A stretch of DNA of 64,000 nt from Saprospiraceae bacterium. Lineage in GTDB: Bacteria > Bacteroidota > Bacteroidia > Chitinophagales > Saprospiraceae. Both the position numbers and the translations under genes were made by a program. The stretch is from assembly GCA_016715465.1 (NCBI GenBank), contig JADKAA010000027.1, positions 1,548 through 65,547 on the forward strand. The letters are read 5' to 3'. The notes beneath the pieces were generated by a model that was not told the origin of the DNA, did no database searches, and saw only the letters and a program-made list of their open reading frames with translations. Below, one piece after another: positions 1-11,411 of this stretch (positions within the stretch are counted from its first letter, which is position 1; each line of letters starts with the position of its first letter).

Positions 1-2
1 CC

Positions 3-410
3 GGAATGGTGATGGAGCATCTTACTTCTAAACCCTGCTATATCATTGATGCCATTGACAGTATAACCCCTAAAATCACCTTTATCAAAATGGCGTATGA
101 AAGTGGTTTGCCTTTAGTCAGTAGTATGGGTGCAGGAGCTAAAGTGGATCCTACTAAACTGCAGGTGGTTGATATTTCAAAAACATATAACTGTCCTTTT
201 GCACAGCAAATCAGGAAACAGCTTAAGAAAAATAATATCCGAAAGGGTATAAAAGTGGTTTTTTCACCGGAAGAGCCCATTAAAGAAAGCCTGATGTTAA
301 CTGATGGTAAGAACTTCAAAAAATCTGCATACGGCACCATTTCTTATTTGCCTGCAGTATTCGGTGCTGTGGCCGCTTCGGTGGTGATCAGGGATTTAAT
401 TAAAAAATGA
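3..410 (+). CDS. tcdA: ThiF/MoeB-fold tRNA threonylcarbamoyladenosine dehydratase (TcdA-like), C-terminal part; 5' end lies outside the window
   Basis: The ORF is open to the window edge. The peptide IDAIDSITPK...SSMGAGAKVDPTKLQVVDISKTYNCPFAQQIRKQLKK matches the TcdA/CsdL C-terminal pattern as I recall it. Confidence 0.7.
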   Translation, partial: GMVMEHLTSKPCYIIDAIDSITPKITFIKMAYESGLPLVSSMGAGAKVDPTKLQVVDISKTYNCPFAQQIRKQLKKNNIRKGIKVVFSPEEPIKESLMLTDGKNFKKSAYGTISYLPAVFGAVAASVVIRDLIKK

Positions 411-618
411 AAGGAATCAATTCAGCGATCTTTCTTTTTGGAAAATAAAAAAATGATCAGGGTGATGATGACCAGGCTGAGCGAACCATATACCACATAA
501 CTGAAAGGCATGGAGAAAGATTGTATATGAAAGTAAACTTTTCCGTTTTTACAGCAATAAACCTCCCATCAAAAAATGATACTGCTGGCCATATCCATTC
601 GCATGCCAGGTGAACCAG

Positions 619-1965
619 TCACATACCAAAAGGATAGGTTTCCGGCATCTGTTGCCCGTCAGGTTCTATGTGCAAAGGGTGTAAAGCCCTTGATTCATCA
701 AAGAAGATAAATGCATCATAACGTAACGGCATGATGCTGGGTACATAGTTACCATATTCCCGTTGAGGATTATAGACAACTCCAATGGCACGATGACCAA
801 TTTCTTTTTTATCCAACACATCTTTCACCTCTTTATTCATCAGCATCAGCCGGTCTGTGGCCCCTGCATTATGCATAATGTATTCCCAGCTATTGGCTAT
901 GGCCGGTGGAACAACCATCTTACGCATCACATCATTCCAGTGACGACCGGCTATTACAGATCCTTTGTAAGATCCAAAGCCTACGGCAAATACTCCATCA
1001 TGATAATGCATTTCATTCACCAGTTGTCCCACATTTACCATACCATCCAGTCGCATATCAGTAGCCCTGGCATCACCAATATGAGTATTATGTTCCCATA
1101 CAATGGCTTTGGCATGTATACCATGAAAATCCATCAGCTTGTTTAAAGTATCAACCATGTGATGATCCCGGATATTCCAGCTATAGGGTCCGCCTTTCAT
1201 CATCGCCCGATAGTATTTCTCTGCATTTACTGCAATCATAGCATTGCGTTCTACATTCAGCACGGCTTCGGGATCAGTATTGTATTGCTGCATTTTATTC
1301 CGGACCTCCAGCAGCAGGTCCACCACTTCTGCTTCACAGGATGCCGGCACCCACGAATGGGCTGTTGCCCTTGCATAAGATTGTCCCTCTTCCTCAATAT
1401 AAGGTTCGAAGCAATGCCAGGCCTGCATAGCCACTTCTTTTGCTTGCTTGTCTGTTTTATCCAGGTAATTGATAATGGCTTCCAGGCTCTCCCACAAACT
1501 GTAAACATCCAACCCATAGAAGCCAACCCGTTTGTTTACCGGCTGTGCTGCGTTATGCTTTCGCATCCATTCAGTCAGTGCCACTATTTCCCAATTGGCC
1601 CACATCCAGGTAGGCCAGCGGTTGAATGCAGACAGAACGTCTTTGGCACTGCTGCCTGCATCAGTATAACCTTTTACATACCGGTTTACCCGGTAACAGT
1701 CCGGCCAGTCACCTTCTACGGCAATAAAAGAGAATCCTTTTTCCAGTATCAGCCGCCTGCTGATCACTGACCGCCAGGTATAATATTCATGTGTGCCGTG
1801 GGACGCTTCACCCAGTAACACATATTTCGCATCCCCGATGGCATCCATCAACTTATCAAGATCCTTTGTATTGTTAAGATCAATGGAATGATCATGGATG
1901 AATCTTGTAAGGTCTATACTTTCACCCTTATCTTCTTTTAAATAGGTGATACGCATATAATTCAA
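619..1965 (-). CDS. erythromycin esterase family protein
   Basis: 448-aa ORF with LLGEASHGTHEYYTWR and a WEHNTHIGD-type motif, both typical of the Ere/ChaN-like family. Confidence 0.8.
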   Translation of the reverse strand: MNYMRITYLKEDKGESIDLTRFIHDHSIDLNNTKDLDKLMDAIGDAKYVLLGEASHGTHEYYTWRSVISRRLILEKGFSFIAVEGDWPDCYRVNRYVKGYTDAGSSAKDVLSAFNRWPTWMWANWEIVALTEWMRKHNAAQPVNKRVGFYGLDVYSLWESLEAIINYLDKTDKQAKEVAMQAWHCFEPYIEEEGQSYARATAHSWVPASCEAEVVDLLLEVRNKMQQYNTDPEAVLNVERNAMIAVNAEKYYRAMMKGGPYSWNIRDHHMVDTLNKLMDFHGIHAKAIVWEHNTHIGDARATDMRLDGMVNVGQLVNEMHYHDGVFAVGFGSYKGSVIAGRHWNDVMRKMVVPPAIANSWEYIMHNAGATDRLMLMNKEVKDVLDKKEIGHRAIGVVYNPQREYGNYVPSIMPLRYDAFIFFDESRALHPLHIEPDGQQMPETYPFGM

Positions 1966-2127
1966 TTTAATAATTCAAGTAACAATAATTCACTCCCTGA
2001 ACCTATGATAAGGTTCATTCATTTATATGAGTGAACTCACCGAAAACGGCGATGATGCCTATGTAAATTCACAACATGAAATAAAGTGCAGGTATATGTT
2101 TATAGCCTGCTTTTTGTAAGTGAATGA

Positions 2128-2850
2128 TTGATATTTTTTTATCAGGCGGTAGAAGTGTATAAAGATGAAAAAGAGATTCGGGAAGATGTGTTTATTCCGG
2201 TAGGTTCTGTCACGGTTGAAGGGCATCTGGGTTTGCCTGATAAAGCGGATAGTATTGTTATCTTTTCTCATGGTAGCGGCAGCAGCCGTTTTAGTCCCCG
2301 CAATAAGTATGTAGCTGATGTTTTAAATGAGCAAAATATTGCCACGCTGTTAGTTGATCTGCTCACATCGAAGGAAGATTTGAATTATGCTTCACGGTTC
2401 GATATTAACCTGCTTACCCAGCGGTTGGTGGGTGTTTCCAAATGGGTAGCAGAGCAACCGGTTTTTAAAAATTTTCAAATAGGTTACTTCGGGGCCAGTA
2501 CGGGTGCTGCCAGTGCATTAAGAGCTGCGGCTACACTGGAAGAGAGAGTTAAAGCAGTTGTGTCAAGAGGTGGCCGGCCGGACCTGGCCATGCAGGTACT
2601 GCCATTTGTAAAAGCTCCCACTTTGTTAATTATTGGTTCATTGGATGACCAGGTGATTGAATTGAACCAGGAAGCATATGACCAGTTACGATGCAAAAAA
2701 GAAATGATGATTGTAGAAGGCGCTTCTCATTTGTTTGAGGAACCCGGCAAGCTGCAGGAGGTGGCCGTATTAGCTGCGGATTGGTTTAAAAAATACCTGG
2801 TGAATACTGATTCTTATCTTGATAAAGCCGGTATTGTGCTTAAAAATTAA
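2128..2850 (+). CDS. dienelactone hydrolase family alpha/beta hydrolase
   Basis: Contains IVIFSHGSGSSRFSPRN and a nucleophile elbow GYFGASTGA, with a C-terminal GASHLFEEPG. The TTG at 2128 or the in-frame GTG at 2155 are both possible starts. Confidence 0.7.
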   Translation: MIFFYQAVEVYKDEKEIREDVFIPVGSVTVEGHLGLPDKADSIVIFSHGSGSSRFSPRNKYVADVLNEQNIATLLVDLLTSKEDLNYASRFDINLLTQRLVGVSKWVAEQPVFKNFQIGYFGASTGAASALRAAATLEERVKAVVSRGGRPDLAMQVLPFVKAPTLLIIGSLDDQVIELNQEAYDQLRCKKEMMIVEGASHLFEEPGKLQEVAVLAADWFKKYLVNTDSYLDKAGIVLKN

Positions 2851-2855
2851 GCTAT

Positions 2856-3492
2856 ATGTATTTCAACGACCGATATGATGCCGCCATGCAACTAGCTCCG
2901 CTTCTGGAGAAGTATAAAAATGAAAAAGGTGTTATCCTGGCTGTGCCGAGAGGTGGAGTACCAATTGGTTATTACCTGGCCAAATACCTTGACTTTCCGT
3001 TGGATCTGCTGATGACCAAAAAATTAGGACATCCCGGTAATGAAGAATTTGCCATTGGTGCAGTAAGCCTTGAAGGAAGTATTATAGAGGGAAACCACGG
3101 GTGTACCGGAACAATATATCAGGGAGGAAACCCGGCGTATCAGGGAGCAGCTGAAAGAACGGTACATAAAATTCATGGGTAATAAAGAGCCAGTTGATAT
3201 AAAGGGAAAAATAATCATTGTGGTGGATGATGGTGTGGCAACGGGACGAACTATACTATCGACAATAAAAATCCTTCGCAATAAAGAACCCCGAAAGATT
3301 GTGGTGGCTGTCCCGGTTGCATCTGAAGAAGCCGCGGATAGAATTAGAGAAGTGGTGGATGATTTTATCTGCCTGCATACACCTTATCCATTTTATGGTG
3401 TGGGCAGGTTTTATGCCGATTTTACACAGGTGGAAGATGAAGATGTCCTGCTGTTGTTGAATGAATTAAACACCAGGGGAAAAGTGGCATAG
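2856..3492 (+). CDS. phosphoribosyltransferase family protein, split by an apparent 1-nt indel near 3098
   Basis: ORFs 2856-3182 and 3175-3492 together give one PRTase with AVPRGGVPIGY and the PRPP loop IIIVVDDGVATGRT. The alternate frame reads GVPEQYIREETRRIREQLKERYIKFMGNKEP across the break. Confidence 0.75.
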
Positions 3493-3498
3493 TCATAG

Positions 3499-4199
3499 TT
3501 GCTGTTAGGGCAAAGCCTTATTTTCGGTTGTTGGTTAATCTCCCAGGTTTACAACAACTCAATTATATTATTTGTGAACAGCCCCAAACACCAATTGAGC
3601 TATTATGTCATCAATGGTATTACCCTGTACAGAATTGTTACAGCTCCTCTTTTATTACTTCTCCTCTTTAGTGGTCATTATGATTTATTCAAATGGTTGC
3701 TTGGAATTAGTTTTTTCACTGATTTAATTGATGGTTACCTGGCGAGAAAATTCAACGTAACCAGTATAATGGGCACAAAGCTGGATTCTATCGGGGATGA
3801 TTTAACTGTTGCCGTTGCAGTGATCGGTTTATTTGTCATTTTCCGGACTTTATCAGGCAGGAGAAATGGGTGTTTATCATTCTCCTTGTTTTTTTTCTGC
3901 TTCAGACTGTCTCTGCTTTTATCCGGTATGGCAGAATGACTAATTTTCATACCTGGCTGGCCAAGACAGCAGCTTTGCTGCAGGGTGTATTCCTGCAGTT
4001 GACTTTCTTTATGGGTAAACCATTTTTGCCTTTGTTTTATACAGCCGTCACCATTACACTACTGGAACTGGCAGAAGAAATCATATTGGTTTATATTTTA
4101 CCAGTATGGGAGGCGAATATAAAAGGATTGTATTGGGTATTGAAGAGAAAAAACCGGCGGGCACAAAGTAACAGGCCGGCTGCTTACAGTCGCGGGTGA
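3499..4199 (+). CDS. CDP-alcohol phosphatidyltransferase family protein, split by an apparent indel near 3840
   Basis: Carries the DLIDGYLARKFNVTSIMGTKLDSIGDDL signature (DGx2ARx8Gx3Dx3D). The multi-TM continuation lies in ORF 3870-4199. The likely true start is the GTG at 3574. Confidence 0.7.
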
Positions 4200-4394
4200 C
4201 ATTTATTTGGTGAATCAATGAGTATAATCATTATTTATGATGGCATAAACCGCAATCTTGCATGCTGAACTGATAAGTTACAAGCACTAACCTTTTCCAA
4301 TATCTGCAAAATATCCCCATACCGGGTTCAGCGATGATGAAACAGCTTTCAATAATTCCGGAATCAATTAACTTACAAGTAAATCCCTTGCTAT

Positions 4395-4885
4395 ATGTCG
4401 AAACGTAATAAAACCTTTATGGTTAAAGCAAATGAGTTTGTTTTCTCTTTTGACCAGGAGGAGATCGATAAGGCAGACTTTATAAAAAAAATCCAGCGGA
4501 ATTTAATCTTATTAAAGACAACCGCTCCGTAAATGCCAAACTACTGGAATCAGATATTGCCGGTAAAAATTTAAAGATCGAAGTGGATGGAGAAACTTTC
4601 GAACTGGTAATAAAAGATGAACTGGACCAGCGGCTGGACAGTATGGGATTCAGCAGTACTTCCACCAAACATATCAAAGAAATAAAAGCTCCTATGCCCG
4701 GCCTGGTGCTGGAGGTGGCTGTGAAAGAGGGCCAGGAAGTAAAAGAAGGTGAAAGGATACTGATTCTGGAAGCTATGAAGATGGAGAACAGTATCATGAT
4801 ACATACTACTGCAATAATCAAAAGAATAGCTGTAACACCTGGACAGGCGGTGGACAAGGGGCAGGTGCTGGTAGAGCTGGAATAA
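4395..4885 (+). CDS. biotin carboxyl carrier (biotin/lipoyl attachment) protein, frameshifted at the A-run 4487-4494
   Basis: Biotinylation motif EAMKMEN in ORF 4583-4885. The N-terminal part (MSKRNKTFMVKANEFVFSF...) from the ATG at 4395 is in another frame. Confidence 0.8.
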
Positions 4886-4907
4886 TTCAACAATCAAAAT
4901 CAATCAG

Positions 4908-6383
4908 ATGAAAAAAATATTAGTTGCCAACCGGGGAGAAATTGCGTTGCGTATCATGCGGACCATCCGGAAGATGGGAATAAAATCAGTAGCGGTATAC
5001 TCTGATGCAGACCGTCATTCTCCCCATGTGTTATTTGCTGATGAAGCTGTTTGTTTGGGTCCGGCTCCGTCCAGTCAATCCTACCTGAATGGAGATAAGA
5101 TCATTGCATTCTGTAAAGAACTTGGTGTGGATGGAATTCACCCGGGCTATGGTTTCCTGAGTGAGAATGCAGAGTTTGCACAGAAAGTAACTGATGCCGG
5201 CATTGAATTTATTGGACCTACGCCTGAAGCAATGCGAATCATGGGTTCAAAGCTGGCCGCAAAGGAAAGTGTAAAAAAATATAATATCCCGATGGTACCC
5301 GGTATTGACAGGGCCATTGACGATGTGAACCTGGCAATTGAAATAGCAGACAAAATTGGTTACCCGGTATTGATAAAAGCTTCTGCAGGTGGTGGTGGTA
5401 AGGGAATGCGGATCGTTGAGAAAGCTGATGATATGCAGGAACAAATGGAAAGGGCTATCAGCGAAGCAAAATCTTCTTTTGGGGATGGCTCAGTATTCCT
5501 GGAAAAATATGTTACCTCACCCCGGCATATAGAAGTGCAGGTGGTGGCAGACAAATATGGTAATGTAATTCATGGCCTGGAGAGGGAATGTAGTATCCAG
5601 CGGCGTCACCAGAAAGTAATTGAGGAAACACCTTCTGCTATTGTTACCCCGGAAATGCGGGAAAAAATCGGTGATGCGGCAGTGATGGTGGCTAAATCCT
5701 GCAACTATGTTAGCACCGGTACGGTAGAATTCCTGGTGGATGATAAACTGAATTTTTATTTTTTGGAAATGAATACCCGCCTGCAGGTGGAACACCCGGT
5801 TTCTGAAATGATCATCGGGCTTGATCTGGTAGAGCAACAGATCAGGATAGCAAGAGGTGAAAAATTAGGTATTACCCAGGATGACATCAAACCCAACGGC
5901 CATGCTATTGAACTCAGGGTCTATGCGGAAGATCCGCTTAATAACTTTCTGCCTTCCATCGGCACCTTAACGAAATATGAAAAACCAACCGGTGAAGGGA
6001 TACGGGTAGATGATGGGTATGAGGAAGGAATGACGATACCGATTTATTATGATCCCATGATCGCCAAACTGGTAGTGCATGGCAAAACAAGAACAGAAGC
6101 GATTCAGAAAATGTTACAGGCTATTAAGGAGTATAAGATCGAAGGTGTCGCTACCACCTTACCTTTTGGTACGTTTGTTTTTGAGCATGATGCATTCTTC
6201 TCCGGGAAATTTGACACTCACTTTGTAAAGAATTACTATACACCTGAAAAAATAAAAGCAAAACAAAAAGCGAATGCAGAGATTGCTGCCATTGTTGCGA
6301 TAAAATACTGGCAGGAAAGAAAGAGAATGCTTATTCCTGTAGAACATAAATCCACCAGTTGGAAACGTCGTTTGGCACATTGA
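4908..6383 (+). CDS. accC: biotin carboxylase subunit of an acetyl/propionyl-CoA carboxylase
   Basis: 491 aa with an N-terminus of MKKILVANRGEIALRI, an ATP-grasp KASAGGGGKGMR loop and EMNTRLQVEHPVSE. Confidence 0.92.
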   Translation: MKKILVANRGEIALRIMRTIRKMGIKSVAVYSDADRHSPHVLFADEAVCLGPAPSSQSYLNGDKIIAFCKELGVDGIHPGYGFLSENAEFAQKVTDAGIEFIGPTPEAMRIMGSKLAAKESVKKYNIPMVPGIDRAIDDVNLAIEIADKIGYPVLIKASAGGGGKGMRIVEKADDMQEQMERAISEAKSSFGDGSVFLEKYVTSPRHIEVQVVADKYGNVIHGLERECSIQRRHQKVIEETPSAIVTPEMREKIGDAAVMVAKSCNYVSTGTVEFLVDDKLNFYFLEMNTRLQVEHPVSEMIIGLDLVEQQIRIARGEKLGITQDDIKPNGHAIELRVYAEDPLNNFLPSIGTLTKYEKPTGEGIRVDDGYEEGMTIPIYYDPMIAKLVVHGKTRTEAIQKMLQAIKEYKIEGVATTLPFGTFVFEHDAFFSGKFDTHFVKNYYTPEKIKAKQKANAEIAAIVAIKYWQERKRMLIPVEHKSTSWKRRLAH

Positions 6384-6428
6384 TTCATTAATTGAACAGA
6401 AACCTTATTTCATTCAAAAAAATAATAC

Positions 6429-7970
6429 ATGAAACCGAAAGTTGAAATATTAAGAGAGAAGATAGAAGAAGGAAAATTGGGAGGAGGAGTAAAAAGAATA
6501 GAAGCGCAGCATAAGAAAGGAAAACTGACTGCCAGGGAAAGGGTAGAGCTACTGATGGACCCGGGATCTTTTGAAGAGATCGGGGCATTGGTCACACACC
6601 GGACTAAAGATTTCGGCATGGAAAACCAGAAGTATTATGGGGATGGTGTCATCACTGGTTTTGGAACCGTCAACGGAAGGTTAGTGTATGTCTTTGCACA
6701 GGACTTTACGGTATTTGGAGGAGCCTTGTCTGAAACTCATGCTGAAAAAATTTGCCGCATTATGGATATGGCTATGAAATCAGGTGCGCCGTTGGTTGGA
6801 TTGAATGACTCAGGCGGTGCAAGGATACAGGAAGGTGTCCGGTCATTAGGCGGGTACGCAGATATTTTTTACAGGAATGTACAGGCATCAGGTGTGATCC
6901 CGCAAATTTCAGCCATCATGGGGCCCTGTGCCGGTGGCGCTGTTTATTCACCTGCTATGACTGATTTTACTATCATGGTGGAGAACACCAGTTATATGTT
7001 TGTAACGGGACCCAATGTAGTGAAGACGGTAACGAATGAAGAAGTAAGCTCAGAAGAACTGGGTGGCGCCTCCACTCACTCTACCAAATCAGGTGTTACA
7101 CATCTCACTGCGGTGAATGATATGGACTGCATCACACAGGTAAAAAAATTGCTGAGCTATATGCCGCAAAACTGTGAAGATGTGGTGATGAAACAGTCGT
7201 ACACATTGGGAGATGAAACAAGGGAAGTGCTGGAAACGATAGTACCCGCCAGTGCCAGCCAGCCCTATGATATAAGGTCAGTAATTGAGGGAATATGTGA
7301 TACAGATTCTTTCTTCGAAGTTCATAAAGAGTATGCGGATAATATTGTGGTGGGATTTGCTCGGTTGGCCGGAAGAAGTTTGGGTATTGTAGCCAATCAG
7401 CCGATGAGCCTCGCCGGGGTATTGGATATTGCTAGTTCCAAAAAGGGTGCAAGATTTACTAGGTTCTGTGATTGCTTCAATATTCCTTTATTGGTATTGG
7501 TGGATGTGCCGGGCTTTTTACCGGGTACCGACCAGGAATGGAATGGGATCATCACAAACGGTGCAAAATTGTTATATGCACTGAGTGAGGCTACGGTGCC
7601 CCGTTGTACTGTTATTACCCGTAAAGCATACGGAGGTGCTTATGACGTGATGAACTCCAAACATATTGGTGCCGATATGAATTATGCATGGCCGTCAGCA
7701 GAAATTGCAGTGATGGGAGCAAAGGGAGCCAGTGAGATCATTTTCAAAAATGAAATTGCGGCCGCAGAAGATCCTGCAAAAAAATTGCTGGAGAAAGAAG
7801 CGGAGTATGCGGAATTATTTGCCAATCCCTACACTGCAGCTGAAAGAGGATTTATAGATGAAGTGATCGAACCAAGAGAAACAAGGAAAAAACTGATCAA
7901 AGCATTTGCGATGCTGGAGAATAAAGTAGCAAAGCGGCCGAGAAAGAAGCATGGAAATATACCGTTATAA
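6429..7970 (+). CDS. acyl-CoA carboxylase carboxyltransferase (beta) subunit, propionyl-CoA carboxylase / methylmalonyl-CoA carboxyltransferase type
   Basis: 513 aa with [32 protein letters not shown] and [11 protein letters not shown] motifs. Confidence 0.9.
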   Translation: MKPKVEILREKIEEGKLGGGVKRIEAQHKKGKLTARERVELLMDPGSFEEIGALVTHRTKDFGMENQKYYGDGVITGFGTVNGRLVYVFAQDFTVFGGALSETHAEKICRIMDMAMKSGAPLVGLNDSGGARIQEGVRSLGGYADIFYRNVQASGVIPQISAIMGPCAGGAVYSPAMTDFTIMVENTSYMFVTGPNVVKTVTNEEVSSEELGGASTHSTKSGVTHLTAVNDMDCITQVKKLLSYMPQNCEDVVMKQSYTLGDETREVLETIVPASASQPYDIRSVIEGICDTDSFFEVHKEYADNIVVGFARLAGRSLGIVANQPMSLAGVLDIASSKKGARFTRFCDCFNIPLLVLVDVPGFLPGTDQEWNGIITNGAKLLYALSEATVPRCTVITRKAYGGAYDVMNSKHIGADMNYAWPSAEIAVMGAKGASEIIFKNEIAAAEDPAKKLLEKEAEYAELFANPYTAAERGFIDEVIEPRETRKKLIKAFAMLENKVAKRPRKKHGNIPL

Positions 7971-7978
7971 AAAAGGGC

Positions 7979-8359
7979 TCAGATTAATTCTTTGTTAACA
8001 GCTCCCAGGAAACACAGGCCGATAAGCAGCGATGGTAAACCGTATACCAACGCCATTCTGGTATCTCCGTTACTAAGAAAATAAACGGCCATCAGCACTG
8101 CACCTGCCATCAGCAACCGGCCGCCCCACAGCGGCTGGAACCAGGCAATGATAAAGCCGGCAATTGTAAGCAGGGTGAAAGGAAGGAAATGTAGCAATTC
8201 TTTACCCATACCATTCATGATATCAGGTAAACCTTCCCCAATAAAGAAACTAAGAAAAAGGCCGTAACCAGTATGCCACCGATACGGCCTGTCCACAAAA
8301 GTAATTTGTGCTGTTGCATACAATTTCTTTAAACAGTTTGACTCACTGCATCTATTCAC
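7979..8359 (-). CDS. small integral membrane protein, function unknown
   Basis: 126-aa ORF with about 4 hydrophobic spans. Its start overlaps the stop of the upstream minus-strand gene by 4 nt. Confidence 0.45.
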   Translation of the reverse strand: MNRCSESNCLKKLYATAQITFVDRPYRWHTGYGLFLSFFIGEGLPDIMNGMGKELLHFLPFTLLTIAGFIIAWFQPLWGGRLLMAGAVLMAVYFLSNGDTRMALVYGLPSLLIGLCFLGAVNKELI

Positions 8360-9019
8360 ATTGCTTTCAGTACAGGTTGCTCTTTCAGGTTAACCAGTAC
8401 ATGTTGCTTTACTAAATCCGTTGCGATCATTTGCCCGTACTCATGCCCGAGGCTTTCGGAAGATGAAGGGTCGAAGGATTGGCTCTGTGCAGAGTAGACC
8501 AGGTCATTCGTTGCCAGGTCGTACAGGTTAGTTTCCCAGAAGTACTTGGTATCTTCTGTATAGTAACCTTCTGAATAGATCCTGCCATAGATAGTTCTTG
8601 AATAGCCCCAGAAACGGTTGTAATAAATAGTATACGGAGTGTACTGCACCCGACCCGGAACATAATATCTCTCCCGTGTTTTATCCAGCAGCACTACGGT
8701 AAGTACTGCATCTACACCAGAGTTGCGCAGTTTGCTGATCGCCTGTTCTTCATTCATATTCTCAAAGGTCTTGGGATTGTATTCATCACAGGAGCAGGTC
8801 GCATCATAACCGAGGTCCTTCAGATCAGCTACCAGGTGTTGTTCCATTTTTTCTCTCAGTGTTCTGTCTGCATCCCGGATAAGACCCAATACGACAATCC
8901 TGTTATACTTTTTAGGCTGTATATTTTCTGCTTTCCATGAACTGGTGATGCGGGAAGAAGGTCCGCAACCAACCAGCAGGAATAAAAAACACTACAGCCA
9001 TGGTTAATAGCTGTTTCAT
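8356..9019 (-). CDS. putative lipoprotein (DUF4136-like), frameshifted at the homopolymer 8984-8989
   Basis: The ATG at 9019-9017 gives MKQLLTMAVVFFI. After a 1-nt shift the lipobox LLVGCG and ...KKYNRIVVLGLIRDADR join ORF 8356-8889. Confidence 0.55.
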
Positions 9020-9112
9020 ATAGATTGTTTTACTCCTTGTAAGTTACTGCTGCCTGGTGTCTGTTGTTACTGATAGCTGTCACGGGTTGTATTGATAGCT
9101 GTCAATGGCAAT

Positions 9113-9144
9113 AAAAAACCCGGCAAAAATTGCCAGGTTTTTTT
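9113..9144 (-). terminator. hairpin plus T-run directly 3' of the displaced tRNA end
   Basis: On the minus strand, cctggca/tgccggg forms a stem (one G-U pair) followed by TTTTTT. Confidence 0.45.
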
Positions 9145-9177
9145 GCTCCCCTGTTGGACTTGAACCAACGACCCTCT
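9145..9177 (-). repeat. tRNA 3' fragment (T-arm plus acceptor 3' strand); left att-type direct repeat
   Basis: gctcccctgttggacttgaaccaacgaccctct is repeated at 12835-12868 with one extra C. The reverse complement reads GTTGG-TTCAAGT-CCAAC, a T-arm. Confidence 0.8.
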
Positions 9178-9466
9178 TACATGATAATCAAAGAGTTATA
9201 AAAATGAAAAGAGTTATGTCCACCAATAGGACACCTTATGCTATATTATTAAAGAGGTTCACCCAAAGCTAATAGGGATAAAATACCCCTCAAAACTGGC
9301 TTTTCTGCCACCTCCTTTCTCTTTCACCAATGTAGAAATTTTGCTTTTTAAAAGGACAGGATATATCAATTGATTTTTTTCCTCAAAGACATACCCCATC
9401 CTCCGTTGTTGCTACGCTACACCTCCGGGAGTTGTCTATGAGGTGGGGGTCTTTTCCATTCATCTA

Positions 9467-9949
9467 TCAAAGTTTTGAGATTGGCAATTGTATTGACAAA
9501 ATACTATCTAAAAGCGAATAGACAATTTTAATATTATCAAAAACATACTGAGCATTTTCTTCACAGCTCTTTTTGTGTATGCTCCAAGTTATACTTGTTT
9601 CAGACTGCTTTTCAGCATAGGTGCTATCTTCTTTCAGTTTAGGTAGCTTGATTGTGGTTTCTTTAAATATTGTGTATCTATTTTCAAAAAGTTCTCTTAC
9701 CCTAAGAAGAGCTGACGGTTTAAAGTAAAATGGGAATGAAGGAAATGAAAAAATAAGAATCAGTTCAAAAGTTCTTAACTGATTATCATTCTCTCTTTTC
9801 TTTACAACTATTCGAGACCACCATTCTTTGTCGTTTTTGCTACGTCCACCACCATTCTCACTGCTAAATTTGTATTGAGAAGGAAGATTTGAAATAACTT
9901 TTTTCACGACTTCATTAAGTGAATAGTTGTATCGGCTATCATTCCACAT
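9467..9949 (-). CDS. hypothetical protein
   Basis: 160-aa ORF with no recognisable motif. A long imperfect hairpin lies just 3' of it, around 9393-9455. Confidence 0.4.
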   Translation of the reverse strand: MWNDSRYNYSLNEVVKKVISNLPSQYKFSSENGGGRSKNDKEWWSRIVVKKRENDNQLRTFELILIFSFPSFPFYFKPSALLRVRELFENRYTIFKETTIKLPKLKEDSTYAEKQSETSITWSIHKKSCEENAQYVFDNIKIVYSLLDSILSIQLPISKL

Positions 9950-9967
9950 TTGTAGGGTTGGTTATTT

Positions 9968-10354
9968 TTACTTTATGTCCTGAAGACTTACTTGTACTGT
10001 TGGTCCTAATCCCAAAACTTTATCTTCTGCACTCTTAATAAGGTTGCCATCTACATAAATGTTTATCTTAACCCAAACCTTTGCAGCTTTCATTTTTCTT
10101 GCTGTTTCTCCACCTACTGTAGAAACCTGAATGTTTTGATTTTTGTTTGTAGTGGTGAAAGTGTAAACCCAAGATTCGCTGGCAGTAGCTCCAGCATTTT
10201 TTTCTTCTTTATCAAAGTAATTAACCAAGATTTTTTCACCCTTCTTTGTTAATACTTCATATTTAATTAAATACTCCTTTTTAGCTGTGCCGGATTGCGA
10301 ATAGGTAGAATATGAAAATAGTGATACGAGAAATAATAGAATAATTGGTTTCAT
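9968..10354 (-). CDS. hypothetical secreted protein
   Basis: 128 aa with an N-terminal signal-like MKPIILLFLVSLFSYSTYSQ. Confidence 0.5.
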   Translation of the reverse strand: MKPIILLFLVSLFSYSTYSQSGTAKKEYLIKYEVLTKKGEKILVNYFDKEEKNAGATASESWVYTFTTTNKNQNIQVSTVGGETARKMKAAKVWVKINIYVDGNLIKSAEDKVLGLGPTVQVSLQDIK

Positions 10355-10445
10355 GGTGATTTATTTCCCCCAAAATAATACTCTTTTTTAGAAATTGGGA
10401 TTATAATCCCAACATATTTTTATTGTTCTGCTTTCACTTTGAAAT

Positions 10446-10688
10446 GTGAAGGGTAAAAAGAAAATAAAACATTTTCGGAAAGACGAGCAGTTAAAAATTA
10501 TTGGTGAAAACATCAGGAAATTTCGCAGGGCTAAGAAACTTTCTCAAAATGAATTAGCCTTTCGCTGTAACGATAAAGACTGGTCTCAAATTAGCCGAAT
10601 GGAAAGAGGGCTGGTTAATTTTTCAATTTCCTATCTTCTATTAGTTGCCGAAGTTTTGGAAGTGCCTCCAAAAGAACTACTACCATAA
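10446..10688 (+). CDS. XRE-family helix-turn-helix protein
   Basis: 80 aa with a GTG start. LSQNELAFRCN...SQISRMERG is a typical HTH_3 pattern. Confidence 0.75.
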   Translation: MKGKKKIKHFRKDEQLKIIGENIRKFRRAKKLSQNELAFRCNDKDWSQISRMERGLVNFSISYLLLVAEVLEVPPKELLP

Positions 10689-11411
10689 TAAATACAACAC
10701 TTCATTTTCCCATATAGAAGAACTAACGATTGAAAATTTAGTTTCGTGTTTTTCTCCCATGTGGATTTTTTTTACTCAATACTTTTAGTACCTGGCTTTT
10801 TGATATACCATCCCCATAGACAAAATTTTCATTTCATCTTAGAGGCTAATTTACATCAACCCGTTAACTTTTAATTTCGTTCTCTGCTGTACGTCAAATG
10901 ATGTTAATCACTTTTACACCCACACGAAGCTAAAACCCCTGTTGATTCAGGACACCTTTACCCATTGTGTATTGCTTCGTCCAGTGAACTTATATAAAAA
11001 AGCTATTTTCGGAATTATCGGGGACTCCTCTTTCGCTATGAATGTCTCTTATTTCAAGACTGCAAAATACTACCCGACTTCTATGCCAAAAGTTCCAAGG
11101 TCTTTAAATTGTTCTCTTGTGGCTGTAAATGCTTTGAGGAATTTACAAAGCACTATTCCTATTTGTTATTTGTAGAAGTGAGTACAAATTTACTTCAAGG
11201 ATTAATACAAAGCATCAATTTTAGAAAATAAAAATTAATCAATTTAGTGATAAAAAGATTTTTTAATCAGAATAGTGATTTTCCTTATAAGTCAATACTG
11301 GTAAGGGTTTCAACAGACTGTATGCCTACATAATTTTTCAAATAAAATTTGGAAGTAACAATCAAGTACTGAAAAGAAAAGTCATCTTTTCAAGATGACC
11401 TTTCTTGTGTT

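Noticed and set aside
10942-11175. 77-aa ORF in the first islet
   Set aside because: It has no start context, motif or packing with neighbours, and it lies in a long A+T-rich spacer.
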